DNA from: Emiliania huxleyi CCMP1516
Taxonomy: Eukaryota
DNA: 64,000 nt
Direction of reading: 5' to 3'
Assembly: GCF_000372725.1 (NCBI RefSeq)
Contig: NW_005202427.1
Span: 62,001 to 126,000, forward strand
Made by a program: the position numbers and the translations under genes. How positions within the stretch are numbered: position 1 is the first letter of the stretch; each line of letters starts with the position of its first letter. Under the pieces are notes generated by a model that saw only the letters and a program-made list of their open reading frames with translations, searched no databases and had not been told where the DNA came from. Below, piece after piece: positions 36,165 through 47,876 of this stretch.

Positions 36165-36712
36165 AAAAAGAAAGAAAGAAAGAAAACGGACAACCCAAGG
36201 GAGGGATGGGAGGACGGCACGCCGCCACCACACAGGAATTTTAAGGAGAGGGGTGTGGTGCGCTAGCCGTCGCCCACCCTTGGGCGTCCGCCTCTTCCTA
36301 TCTCTCTTCGCAGTCTCTCGCCGATTCTCGCTGCAACCTTCATGCCACCTCGCGGTCGTCCCACTCTCGTCGTTCTTTCCCTTGTTTGTCGCTTCTTCTT
36401 CTGTCGCGTCGCTCTGCCTCGTTCTGCGACGCCGCCGCCGCCTGCCGGTCCCTTGTTCTCGCTGCTTCTTGCGCCTTTCGGCGCAGCTCCGCCCTCCTCG
36501 CTGCATATCCTGGCCCCTCGAGTCTATCGATCGAGCTCTCCTCGAGCAAGGACGAACGAGTCTTCTGACGCCCACTGCTATCATTTGCCACCCAGTCATA
36601 TCATCATTGCTCAGGTCCACTCTCTCTTCGAACACTTGTGCCTTCACTGATGATGCCGGCGCTGGGGTCCCCTTCGGGTGCATCGTCTCCGCCACGCCCG
36701 CCAGCTTTTTTT
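36165..36712 (+). repeat. Repeat family A, copy 2 (long)
   Basis: Colinear with 52900-53410. Confidence 0.9.
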
Positions 36713-36803
36713 GGTCGTCCGAGTTGAGATCGACTGCAGCAGATCGATACAGCCAACAGCAGTCTAGCCCTGAGCATTCTAGCCCTGAGGAGGAGGAGGA
36801 CTG

Positions 36804-38110
36804 ATGAACCTGCTCCTCTCTCTACTCCTCGCCGCGTGGGTGCCGGCGTGGGGGCGAGTATCGCCATCGCGGCGACGAAGCGGTCGGTACTACGCCGGTG
36901 TCTCTCTGTCTGGCGCGGTGGCCAGCTCTACGACTCACGTGCTGGTCCTACCGCTTGACGTGGTGAAGACTCGCATGCAGACGGGCAGCCGCCTCGGCTT
37001 GATGACAGCCGCTGGCGCTGTCCTCGCAGACGCGCCCGGCCGAGGGCTATTCCGCCTCTCGGTTTTTCTCAAGGGCCTGCCTCCGACGGCAGTCGGGTAC
37101 TTTCTCCAGGCCATAACAGATGAGAGAGTATGAGAGCGCACGGGATTGCTCGAGCCTCCCTCGATTACCCTTCGACGTGCCTTAGGGTGGTGCCAAGTTC
37201 GGCGGCTACGAGGCGCTGAAGCAGGAGTCGTTTGCGCGGCTGCGGGCGGCTGGAGGGGAGGAGCTGACGCGCCGATGCCAGCTTCCAGCCATGCTCGCGT
37301 CGGCCGCGGCCGCAGAGATGGCTGCGACCGTCCTCTTGGCACCGCTGGAGGCTTCGCTCCGCCCGCCCGGCCGTAAATTCGCCCCTGACGCACATCTCAC
37401 ACCTTCACCGTAGTGGTGTGAGCAGGTGCTCAAGCTCCGCATGCAGACGGACGCGGCAGCGGCAGCGCGCGGCGCGGCGCGCACCCTGCTGCACATCTCG
37501 CGGCACGAGGGCCTCGGCGCGCTCTACAAGGGGCTCGCGCCGATCGCGATGCGCCAAGTACCCTACACCATGAGCAAGCTGGTCGTCTACGACCAAGTCG
37601 CCCGCCTCGCCAAGAGCGCTTGCGTGGGCGAGCGGGAGCACCTGCGACCTTGCGCGATCGTCCTCACCGGGCTGGTCGCAGGCGCCGCAGCAGCGATCGT
37701 CTCGCACCCCGCCGACTTGCTGCTCACCCGCTTGTGCGGCTCTGCCACGGCCAGCACGGCCACCAGCGTCGCAGAGTGCGTCATTGCGGACGGCGTGCTC
37801 GAGCAGGTGCATATCTCGCGAACGTCGCGGCCATTCCTCACACACGAGCGTGTCTAGACGCGTCCATGATTTGCCCACAGGCCAGGTACTTAATGAGCCT
37901 TGGCTTGCGCGGAGCATACGCCGGGCTGGCGCCGCGGCTCGCAATGGCTTCGGTGGTGAAGAGCTCGATCCGCTTGTTTCCCTCACAGCTCTCGGTGCGC
38001 TGGATAGGCTCGCCATGACGTCGGTGATGACGTCCATCCAATTTTCGCTATACGAGTGGCTGCAGATGTCATTGGGTGTGCGCCCGCAGGCTGAGGGCAG
38101 AAATGTCTGA
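36804..38110 (+). CDS. Mitochondrial carrier family protein, phosphate-carrier-like, spliced
   Basis: PLDVVKTRMQ, GYFLQ|GGAKFGGYE, APLE|VLKLRMQ, RQVPYTMSK, SHPAD; four introns, three with GC donors. Confidence 0.85.
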
Positions 38111-38688
38111 TGTTGTGTGTTATCCAGTCGGTTCCTCTCTCCTCGCGTTGTCGGATAACCTACATATATCTCCGATGAGCGAGGCCCGATTTTGCTATTA
38201 AGATTTTCCGCTCGCGCAAAAAAAAGTTCACACCACAAAGAACCCTGCACAAAGATCGCAAGGGCGGGGACCTGTTCCTTTTTACCCATCTCACAGTAGA
38301 GAGGTGTCGACGTGTTTTACGTCCACCTGATCCGTTTTATTTATTTATTTATTAAAAAAAAGTTTCTGGGGGCGGTTTGACTCGAAAACAATTCGAAAAT
38401 AAAAAAGACATGAGACGCAAGTGGAGAGGGGGGTTGGGGGACCGAATGAGAGGCGAAAAGGACAGAGTGGGGCTGGAAGAGGGGCTGTGTGAGGTGCGAG
38501 GGGGTTAGCGGTTAGCGCTACTCTGTCGCAGCTCGGACGGCAAGTGCTTCTGCACCAGGTGCCCCCCGGCCCCGGCCCCGCCCAGGCACGTCTGTGTGGT
38601 GTGCGACAGACACACAGCGTGTCTCGCTGATCACCGCATAGCCTGTGGCGAGGCGGTGGTCGCTCGGACACACGAGATCCGACAAAAG

Positions 38689-40301
38689 TCACCGCCGGTT
38701 TTGGAGCCTCGCGAGCTCTTGCGTGACGAGGCGCCGCTCGCTGCTTCCAAGGGGCTTCAGGAGGCCGGTCAGAGCGGCGTCGAGAATAGCGAGGGCCGCC
38801 TGCGGGAGCGGGCACGTAGTGGCAGTCCGCGTGAGAGCGAAGGCGGGCGATGAGTGGAGGAGGAAGGCTCCGCGCACCGAGCAGCGGCCACCACCCTGGC
38901 AGTGCTCGTGGACCGCCATGAGCGTCATGTCGTGCAAGGCTCTGGCGTTGTCCAGCGCCTGCTGTGCTGTCTGGAGCGTGGGCTTGATCGACGTGTTCCG
39001 CGTCCACACCGCCGTCTGACTAGCACGTCGTGGCTCATCTCCGGTGCAGAAGGAGGAGCTGTGTAGGCACACCGGCGAGCGCGGAGAGCCTCGGTACGAT
39101 CGAATGGCGCGATCTGCCCGGGCAAGGGGTGAGGGAAGTGAGGCCGGCGCACGGGGAGGGCGGCTGGGAGGGCGGCTACGGCTCTAGGGGCGCTGCATCA
39201 TCTGACGATCTGCAGTAACGCACGTGTCACCGAAGGCAGTCGTGGGGGCAAGGACAGGGCATCGAGCCACACGAAGCGCTCCACTTGGGGGTGCGCTGCC
39301 CTGCATGCCGACAGCACGTACACCCGAGCCCACGAGGGCGAGATCCAGGAGAGGCCTGCCAAATCCTCTTCGTCCATGCACTCTCGAGGTGTGAGATGCG
39401 CAAGGCCATGCGCCTGGGCAAAGTCGCTAACCGCAAGGCGGTCGTCAAAGGGGCGCGCATCGCGTCCAGTGGCGACAACGGCACGGGCGTCGACAGAGAG
39501 CGAGACGAGCGCCATCGAACTGTTCGTGAGGGACAGCATCGAAGGCATCGTCCGGTTACGCAGCTCGTGACACCGCACCAGTGCTGCCGGTCCACGGGAT
39601 ACCCATGCGTCGCAGCATGCGTCTTTGTGATGGTGGGTAGCTAGCTGCCTCCGCCGCCTCGCTGGCGCAACCACAATCCCCTCTCCGCCTCCTGGAGGGG
39701 CTCCGTTTCCAGTCAGCCACGACCAGGTCAGGTTGACGAGGCTGAAGATGTCGTAACGGAGCGGTATGGTTCCAGACGTCCAAGTCCAGTGCCGAGTCGG
39801 GCGCCAGCCCGCATAAGACGTCTGGTTATTGTTGGCGGGCCGAACCACGGCCAGTGTCCTCTGGAGGGATCGATTGGCACGCACCGCTATAGCTGCAACG
39901 TTTCTAGACTCAGCCACGACCTGCTTGTGCACGCGCGCTGCCATTCCAACGATCCGTGCATCTTCCTCCCACTGCGCCTTCCAGCGTTGGTCGTCGGCCG
40001 AGAGGAGAAAGCTGACTGCCCCGACACGCTCGGTCAGTGTCCACGTGTCCGGAGCCCCCCGTCCTGTCAGGTTGCACACATGACATCCGCTGCGCGGGGT
40101 GTCGCCTCGCCACACAGCGTAGCTGTTGAGCTGGGGGGACAATGCGGCAACAGCGTTCTTGCAGCTTTCAGCGGTGTCCATGTCCCCGAGATGACCATTG
40201 TACTCTGCGCTTGTGCAGATGAGATCTTTGTCGTTGACGCGCTTCCACTCGCCCAGGCTAGCAGCATGGGCGAGCGTCGAAGCTAGCAGCAGGCTAGACA
40301 T
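38689..40301 (-). CDS. Secreted protein, possibly glycosyltransferase-like; 3' structure uncertain
   Basis: Signal-like MSSLLLASTLAHAA; ORF of about 370 aa with SPSWARV...FVWLD. Confidence 0.4.
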
Positions 40302-41559
40302 GATCTGGGCGTGATCCGTCCGCCCGACGTCAATCGCGGCGGCGCGCGAGAATATTTTACTCAAAATTTTTGAAAATGAGTTTACGTTTCGACGCCCCGA
40401 GACGCCAGCGCGAGAAGATGGGAATGATGCTTTACACGCGCGGACCGCTCAGCGCCGAGAGGGCGGCGGCGGCGGCGTCTCTCTCTCTCTCTCGCCCAGA
40501 TGTGTGTCTTGATTTGCCAACAACAAACCAGCAAGACAGGCAGACAGACGCCCACCCACAGCGACGGGGGGTGCGGCGTGCGCGCTGCGCCAGGCGGGTC
40601 GACAGGCGGGAGGGGAGAGGGGATGGGGACCCTATTTGGCGTGAGGTGGTGCATGCACATGCACATCGATGCACACACACATGCACGCGGCCACCGCGCC
40701 CGCCGCAGTTCCGCCGTCTCGTCGGGCAGCAGCTCCTAATCTCGAGACAATCTCGGGTCAATCTCGCGCGATCTCGGGGGAGCTCCGCCGTCGGGCAGCA
40801 GCTCCTCGAACATGTATCAGGTTTAGTCCACCCACTTCTCCTCAGCGACGAATCTGGTTCGTGTTAGCAGTGGGAAAATATGGAAGGAAAAAAGCAGCAG
40901 AACGACAAACCTGTCAGCAGAGTCCTCCTACGGGAATGTACGTAAGAGCCACATATGCTGAACAACAAGGAAGGGGGAAATAAAAAACTGGGAGAACCGC
41001 CATCGGGTATCTTCGTAAGAGCCACATACACTGAAAAAAGGAATTTTACAACACTCCCTCGCAGAACGAACGCTGCGAGCTGTTTGAAAAAAGGAGCGAA
41101 CCGAGCCGCCGGTGTGTCCCGCAGCGGCCAATGCGACCTCGCTGGGCCAGAAAATCGGCCCGCGAGTGCTCCGCAGCAGCCTCGCTGGGCCAGAACATCG
41201 GCCCGCGAGGTGGATGGATGCTAGCATGAGCCCGATGCGTCGCAGTGTAGGTCTATTGTCGTCGCAGTGCTCTTGCGTTTCGGCGGTAGTTTTAGGTATA
41301 TTGTTGGCAAATCAAGACACAGAGCTCACACAGGATCACAGCGGGAGGAAAGCGGCGAGTCGCAATTCCTGGGGTCCTTGTAGTGATCTGATCACCCGAA
41401 TACCACGTTCGATCGCTCCTCATCGCAAACCCTGTCAGCAGTTCACCTTCGGGTAAGACCTACATAATTCTTAAAAGAATAACCGGCGGAACTTCGATCG
41501 ATGGCAACCGCGCACGTGTCACAGCCCTCGCCCGCGGCAGTCCGCCTTTTTGTGGTGTG

Positions 41560-44478
41560 ATGGCGTGGAACCCGGCCGCAAAGGTAATACTGAGCGCTGC
41601 AGAACCGTGCGCCCATGCACAGAGCGCGCTCCTGCTTCCGTCGGTGCCAAAGGGCTTGTGCAATCAACGGCTGCGGTGGGTGCAGGATTTGCTGGCGGCT
41701 CAGGTGGCGCGTGCGGCGGTGGTCCTTCCGGATGTGCTCTATTCGCGCCGTGGCTGCCACTTCCACGCCTCTTGCTTCAAAGAGTATTCTGGCGATGTTG
41801 CCTTCGGGGCAGTCTTTGACGTCAATGAGACATCGCGCTTGCTCGCCGAAGCGGGCCTGTGCGTCCTAAGCGCTGCGGCGGCGGCAGCGCGCTTCCCTGC
41901 GACCCTTGGCGTGCTGCCGAGAGATGCACTCGCCCTCCCGACATCCACCTCGGAGCTTTTTGCCGTGCAAGAGGAGCTCGCCTCGCGGGTCGCCGGCGCA
42001 AGGTGGCTCCTCGCCGCGAATGCAACTTGCTGTACTCTTGTAATCCCCAGCACGGCGCCCTCCGCCTCGTTCTGGAGGCGAATCAACGCCGCGTTCAAGC
42101 CGACCCCCTCGCTCCGCTCCGGTGCCGAGGCCGTGCTGCGCCTCTTCCAGCGGGCAGCTGCAGCCGAGGGCGCCGTCGCAGTCGCCCTGCACTGGCGCGG
42201 CCAGTCCGACATGCAGCTGTCGTCACATAAACTCAACGTGACAGCATACGCCCTCGAGACGGCAGCGGCGCTCCTTCGCGTGCGAGGAAGGCTCCTCGGC
42301 TGCTCGAATGGGTCGGCCTGTGGCGAGCCGGCGCCGCCGCTCTCCGTGCTGGCATTGGGTGGCTTCACCGCACCCCAGCTCGAGGAGTTGCGTCGGACGC
42401 TGAGCTGGGCCCTGGCGATGCGATGGCGCAACGAGGGCGGTGGCCCTGCAGATGGAGGCAGTATGGCTGGCGATACGGGTGGTGGCGATGCGGGTGGCGG
42501 TCGTGGCAGTGCCGGTGGCGGCGGTGGCATCGCCATCGGCAGCGCCGGCCTACAAGTGCATTCCAAGGAGTCGCTTCAGCCGGGGATGGACTTTGGGATG
42601 GCCTTTGGCGGCAACGACGACGCGGTTGGGATGATCGACCTCGAGGTTGCTCGGATCACTCCCGTGTTCGTTGGCAGCCCCTTCTCCTCGCTCTCCGTTG
42701 TCGCCGCCGCCCTCCGCCACGGCGCTGAGCGGCGCAACGGCCACAATAGCGAGTCGGTCACGGAGATGGTGTTAGCGGACGTTGGCGACCGCCTCGGCGC
42801 CATCTTTGCGCTGCAGGCGCCTTACCTGAGAGGCGGGGAGGGATCGGTGGCCGCCGCGGACCCATGCGCAGCGCTGCAGGAGCTGTTTGACTTTGAACGG
42901 CCTGAATGGAGCTGCGCAAAGCGGGGTCCGCCGCAGTCGCACCTCTTCTCGCCTGTGCCGAGACGGCCGCACACGCAGTGCGACTCGCTCATCGGCAGTG
43001 CAATGCACGTTTTGCCACCCGTCGACGCACCGAGCCGGCTGAGCTTCAACTGTACGCACGCCGTGGTGACTGCTGTGTACAACGACTACGACCGGCTGCC
43101 ATACTACACGCAAACCTTCCAGCGGAGGCTTGAGAGGCAGGAGGCGGAACGAGGCGCGCGCACCTGCTGGTTCGCGTTCACCGACACCGCCTCGATCCGC
43201 GCATTGCTACCGCCCAGCGCGGTCAAGACGGCAGAGGCAGCCGTCAGACAGGGGCCGTGGATCAGGTACGGAATTTGGCACTTGGTGGTGCTACCGGACA
43301 CTGTCCGCTTCTCGAGCGATGACGCGGCGCACAGGAGCATTCGCTCGCGGCTGCCCAAGATGATGCCGCACTGCGTGTTGGCCCACGCGGGCAAGATGCT
43401 GTACATTGACGCGAAGCTGAAGGTGGTGCGGCCAGAGAGCTTCTGGCTGATGATCGAGCATGAGACGAGTCTCTCCAACCCAGCGTGGGTCGCCCCGATG
43501 CACCCCAATCGGCACACCGTGCGGGACGAGCTGGTCTGCCTATACCTCGCTGGGATGGTAACGCAGCGCGCATTTGAGCAGCTCAAAACCTACCATGCCC
43601 TCGGCTTCCCGAGCAACCGCCTCGCCGCTGCTGGTGGGCCGGGCCTCGCCGAGGGGAACTGGCACGCGCGCGACCTGCGTGCTCTAGACTCGACGCTGAT
43701 AGGCAACGCGTGGGCGGCAGAGTACCTTCAGTGGAGGGAGCACTCCCTGCGCGACCAGCTCTCTTTCAACTTTATCGTATGGCGACTTGGCCTCCTGCCA
43801 GGTCGCCGCGCAGCGAGGCCCCATGGCGACCCTCCGACGGGGCGTGGCCAGCTCGGCGACGGCACGGAGGGTTGCGCGGACCGAACCTGCGAGTACCGCC
43901 CTGGAGGCGCACCGGTCGGTGGGGCTAGTGGGGATGCGCGTGGCATTTTGTGGCACATGCCGACCCCGGTCCGTCGCGAGGAGGTGCGGCGACAAAAGCC
44001 GACGCGCAACGAGGAGCGGCAGCTGCGGCTGACCTGGGCGTGCGCCAGGACCTGGCGGTGCCACCTCACGCGGTATCCCGACCTGCGGGAAACGGCCGCC
44101 GCACAGCGGCTGCTCGCGAGAGCGAGTTTGAGGCCAGGAGGCTGCGCGTGCGAGTCAGGGATCGAGCTCCAGGTGCTGCAACACCTCACGCCGCTCCCGC
44201 GGACGACAGAGACGACCTTCCTGCGAAGGGCCTTTGGCGGCAAGCTCAAAGAAAATAAGTTGTCCGGCCTCCTCTCGAGCCATCGCTGGTGCAACTATGC
44301 CTCCTTCGCCCTCGACAACCTCGCCACCTTTGTGCAGCTCCAGAAGCAGCTCGGCGGTGTGGGGAGAGTCACGGCGGCGGATATCGGCGCACGGAATGTG
44401 TCGCTGCCGGCGCGCCGCCAGCAGTTGAATGTGGCGGGCCGGCAACCGCGCCGGCGGCGAGGAATTGGGCTGGGCTAG
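41560..44478 (+). CDS. O-fucosyltransferase-like + DUF616 (TOD1/MUCI70-like) double glycosyltransferase
   Basis: GLCNQRL, ALHWR..DM, FVGSPFSSLS; then VVTAVYNDYD, CWFAFTD, SRLPKMMPH, YIDAK, RDQLSFNF. Uninterrupted 973-aa ORF. Confidence 0.75.
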   Translation: MAWNPAAKVILSAAEPCAHAQSALLLPSVPKGLCNQRLRWVQDLLAAQVARAAVVLPDVLYSRRGCHFHASCFKEYSGDVAFGAVFDVNETSRLLAEAGLCVLSAAAAAARFPATLGVLPRDALALPTSTSELFAVQEELASRVAGARWLLAANATCCTLVIPSTAPSASFWRRINAAFKPTPSLRSGAEAVLRLFQRAAAAEGAVAVALHWRGQSDMQLSSHKLNVTAYALETAAALLRVRGRLLGCSNGSACGEPAPPLSVLALGGFTAPQLEELRRTLSWALAMRWRNEGGGPADGGSMAGDTGGGDAGGGRGSAGGGGGIAIGSAGLQVHSKESLQPGMDFGMAFGGNDDAVGMIDLEVARITPVFVGSPFSSLSVVAAALRHGAERRNGHNSESVTEMVLADVGDRLGAIFALQAPYLRGGEGSVAAADPCAALQELFDFERPEWSCAKRGPPQSHLFSPVPRRPHTQCDSLIGSAMHVLPPVDAPSRLSFNCTHAVVTAVYNDYDRLPYYTQTFQRRLERQEAERGARTCWFAFTDTASIRALLPPSAVKTAEAAVRQGPWIRYGIWHLVVLPDTVRFSSDDAAHRSIRSRLPKMMPHCVLAHAGKMLYIDAKLKVVRPESFWLMIEHETSLSNPAWVAPMHPNRHTVRDELVCLYLAGMVTQRAFEQLKTYHALGFPSNRLAAAGGPGLAEGNWHARDLRALDSTLIGNAWAAEYLQWREHSLRDQLSFNFIVWRLGLLPGRRAARPHGDPPTGRGQLGDGTEGCADRTCEYRPGGAPVGGASGDARGILWHMPTPVRREEVRRQKPTRNEERQLRLTWACARTWRCHLTRYPDLRETAAAQRLLARASLRPGGCACESGIELQVLQHLTPLPRTTETTFLRRAFGGKLKENKLSGLLSSHRWCNYASFALDNLATFVQLQKQLGGVGRVTAADIGARNVSLPARRQQLNVAGRQPRRRRGIGLG

Positions 44479-44718
44479 CTTTGTACTCAACGCTGTCAGC
44501 AATTTTGCAGCGACGAAAAGTGGTGCCCCCGTGCGGTAGCGTGAGGTGCGCGGGCTAGCCATCCACGTTCCGCTTCGGGTGTTGGGTCCCTGCTCCTCCG
44601 TATCGCCTCCGACAATTTTTACCTGCTCTCGCTGCCGTCCTCATGCCACCTCCTAATGCCACGTCGATGTGCTCAATTTTTTTAATTGTTTGTGCCCGCC
44701 GAAACCGTGGAAGCAAAA

Positions 44719-46011
44719 ATGTCGAAATGTATGCCGAACCGCATATGCTCGGCGATGGACACGGCCGCGGAAGCGGACACGGCCCCCCTCCACAGGGTGG
44801 ATGCAACGGGCCAGGCACACGGACGTTGGGGTCGTATCGGAATCTGCTTGCTCACCATTTGCCTCGTCCTAGTCCTCGCCGTGCGCAGGCCTGCCCTTCC
44901 GCCGCCAAGAAAAGTTCCATCCCGGCCGCTGTCGGGAGGCGGATCGATCCCGGCGCTCCTGATGGGGGGTGACGATTTTTCGGAGTGGTTCGAGGCCGCA
45001 GGTTCCGGCGCCGCAATCCAGACCTTCTATTCGTACGGCAACGGGCCGCACATCGCCCCGCAGCTGCGGCGCTTTGGGCGATCCAATGTATTCGTGTCGA
45101 CAGGCATCCCATGCGGCTGCTGTGGCGCCGACTCGCCCAGCGTTGAGCCTATGAACGCCTCCCTTGCAATGTCGTATATCGACAGAGAGCTCGCTGAGCT
45201 GCAGACCGGCTATGCCGACTTGCTCCTTTTCCACCACCGATGCCGGACAGAGAGCGAAACTGCGAGCGTTTGGGAGGCCTTCGAGGCCGCAAAGCGGCAG
45301 GGCAAGGCGAGGCACCTGGGAGTCTCCAACTTCAACGCTCACGACCTCGAGGTCCTGTCCTCGACCGCGGTCGAGCCGATCGAGGTCCTCGAGGCTCATT
45401 TTGGCGTTGGAATGATGGACTGGGAAGTCCTGGGCTACGCGCGGGCGCACGGCATCCACCCCGTCGCCTTCGCTTCGCTTTCGGAGGCGCACACCGACCA
45501 CCCGACTCTGCAGCGCGCCGTGTCGCGCGTCGCAACTGCTCACGGCGTGACTGCGACACAAGCCATGTACGCGTACCTCCTGCAACGTAACCTCAGCGTC
45601 ATATCGTCGTGCTTTCATCCGGAGGATCCCCAAAAGTGTGCGCGATACTACTCGTTCGACCTGGCTGCGCTTGACGTGTCGCTGAGCGCAGCCGAGCTCG
45701 AAGTGCTCGATGGCGTGACGGCGGGCAGGCGCACCTGCACCGACTGCTACACTGACGAGTGCCAGCGATGTGCAGCAACTCTGCACGCCCTTGGTTGTCC
45801 ACTCGGTGTCAACGGGTGGGGAACGACATGGTGGAGCGTCGGGGACAATTTCACGGAGCACCCGGCCTGGGGACGAGGCAATGAAAACGGGACGCGTTGC
45901 ATGGCATGCGCGGCGGTGCCGAGCCACCGCGCAGAGGTGGAGCGAGCGTGCGGGCGCGCTGACCGGGGCGAGAGCCTCGAGACCATGGTGCCCAAGGCAT
46001 GTGGTGTGTAA
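44719..46011 (+). CDS. Aldo-keto reductase with N-terminal membrane anchor and Cys-rich C-terminus
   Basis: LQTGYADLLLFH, GKARHLGVSNF, VATAHGVTATQ; TM segment IGICLLTICLVLVLAV. Confidence 0.85.
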   Translation: MSKCMPNRICSAMDTAAEADTAPLHRVDATGQAHGRWGRIGICLLTICLVLVLAVRRPALPPPRKVPSRPLSGGGSIPALLMGGDDFSEWFEAAGSGAAIQTFYSYGNGPHIAPQLRRFGRSNVFVSTGIPCGCCGADSPSVEPMNASLAMSYIDRELAELQTGYADLLLFHHRCRTESETASVWEAFEAAKRQGKARHLGVSNFNAHDLEVLSSTAVEPIEVLEAHFGVGMMDWEVLGYARAHGIHPVAFASLSEAHTDHPTLQRAVSRVATAHGVTATQAMYAYLLQRNLSVISSCFHPEDPQKCARYYSFDLAALDVSLSAAELEVLDGVTAGRRTCTDCYTDECQRCAATLHALGCPLGVNGWGTTWWSVGDNFTEHPAWGRGNENGTRCMACAAVPSHRAEVERACGRADRGESLETMVPKACGV

Positions 46012-46371
46012 TGGCGAGCGGTTGTGGCTGGCGGGCCGCACCTCTCAATCGTCACGAGCGTCCTTGGAGCATTTGGAGTGCAGTTGGTAGCAGCCTCACA
46101 TCCAGGCACCGGGGCCGGGGGGCCAATCTTTTTTCTTTTTGGTGTACCTCTGTTAGTGCCAGTGCGCGCCAGTCCCGTGCCTAGTGTTGTGAGAGAGCTC
46201 TCGACAGAATAAAATTCTTTCCTGCGCCGATGTGTGTGCTAGTGTGCGCCAGTCCACCGGCCCTCGTTGTTTGTAAAAGCGCTCTTGCACAGAGGAGGAA
46301 AATGGACAATTAATCAGACGCCGACTCTCGCAGGCGAGGGGAACTGATGAATAAGATGGGCTTGCCCATCG

Positions 46372-47766
46372 TCCCGGAGTGGTTCGACCCCACACAAACC
46401 CGGAGGGGTGATGGGATGCTGTCGCGGCGGTCTCAGGCCCAGTGAGGTAGTGCGCCAGACTATCCCGGATCCTGCTGATCAAGCTCCTCTTGTAGCTCGA
46501 TCGGTCACACCGCCATCGCCGATGATGCTTGATGGAGAGGGCAGAGGGAGGGCCCAACTTCAGAATCGTGCTTTTTTGGTTAGGGACCAAAGCGCGAAGG
46601 ACCACTTTTGGGTTAGGGACCGCGGGCGACAGGTTAGGGACCGATCGCCGCCGCATACGCCGGCGGACGGCCACCATCGGTGTTTTTGGCTTCGCCACCG
46701 TTCAAAGCGTGCGCAATGCGCTCGCCGACATCAAGCGAGCACGCCTGTCCGACGAGCGGCTTGCTGTGTGGACGCCTTCTTGTGGCTCTCGTCGAGAGCG
46801 TTTTGCGACCCGGCGGGTGGGAGAATATGTGTCGTCTGATGTGTCACTGTGTACGTCACATCGGTCTTGATAATAAGCACGGTCGATCCGTCGAAGCGAT
46901 ACACTCGTTCCTATCACGTTGGACGGCTGGCACGGGAGCTCTGTGCCAGCAACAGGAACCGAGCCGTACGGCAAGAAGAGCTCGATGGGGAGCGAGAACC
47001 GTCAGAGGAGCTTCAAGGGTAACCTGAAGTCCTCCGTGACGCGCTCAATCGCTCCCAAGCGGGTGGCTCTCGAAAACCGTCGATATCTTCCGGAAAGACT
47101 GCTCTTGCCGAGCAGCCGATATGCCCAGACGGAGGCGCAGAAAGGCTGCGAGTACTCAACGAGTTCCGCGACCTACGCAGTCAAACCTGGGGGGAACTGA
47201 CCGCACCATGGCGGACTTCCGAAACCTCCGTGAGCACCTCTGACGGTTCTCGCTCCCCATCGAGCTCTTCTTGCCGTACGGCGGTCTTCCTGATGCGTGC
47301 CGGCACAGAGCTCTGTGCAAGCCGTCCAACGTGATCGTGACGAGTGTATCGCTTTGACGGATCGACCGTACTTGTGCTCTCGACGAGAGCCACAAGAAGC
47401 CGTCCGCACAGCAAGCCGCTCGGTCGAACACTTTGCTCGCTCGATGCCGGCGAGCGCATTGCGCACGAGGTAGACGGTGGCGTAGCTAACATCACTGACG
47501 AAGACCGTCCGCTGGCGTGAGCGGCGGCGATCGGTCCCTAACCTGCGGTCCTTCACCGCAATCGGTCCTTCGCGCTCGTCCCTAACCCAAAAAAGCACGA
47601 TTCTGAAGTTGGGCCCTCAGAGGGGGTGGGACGACACTGCTTCTGCAGCGTGCACCTCGAAATCCTCGATCCGTCCGGTACCGTGTTTTTTATGACCCCC
47701 CCCAATGAGCACACCAGCGAGGGAGGGCGAGACGATCGAGGGGTCCCGTCCAGCTTTAGTGCTCAA
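46372..47766 (-). repeat. Repeat family B, copy 3, split by a foldback insertion
   Basis: 46372-46525 and 47620-47766 together match 27338-27610. Confidence 0.8.
46549..47617. mobile_element. Foldback-type element with about 400-bp imperfect TIRs
   Basis: agggcccaacttcagaatcgtgctttttt termini; arms about 46549-47008 and 47237-47617; flanking cagaggg duplication (7 bp, or 5 bp agagg if the TIR is one base longer). Confidence 0.85.
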
Positions 47767-47876
47767 AAGAAAAAACCATAAGACCGCATCAGAGAGGTCC
47801 AGCCCTTAGTCGTGCCTCGCCCGGTTGTATCCCTGCCGGAGTCGCAGCCTCTCTGTGCGAATCACAACAACTTCTG

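Noticed and set aside
40900..41470. Short dispersed direct repeats (cgtaagagccacata, cctgtcagcag)
   Set aside because: Only two or three irregular copies with undefined boundaries; probably transposon remnants.
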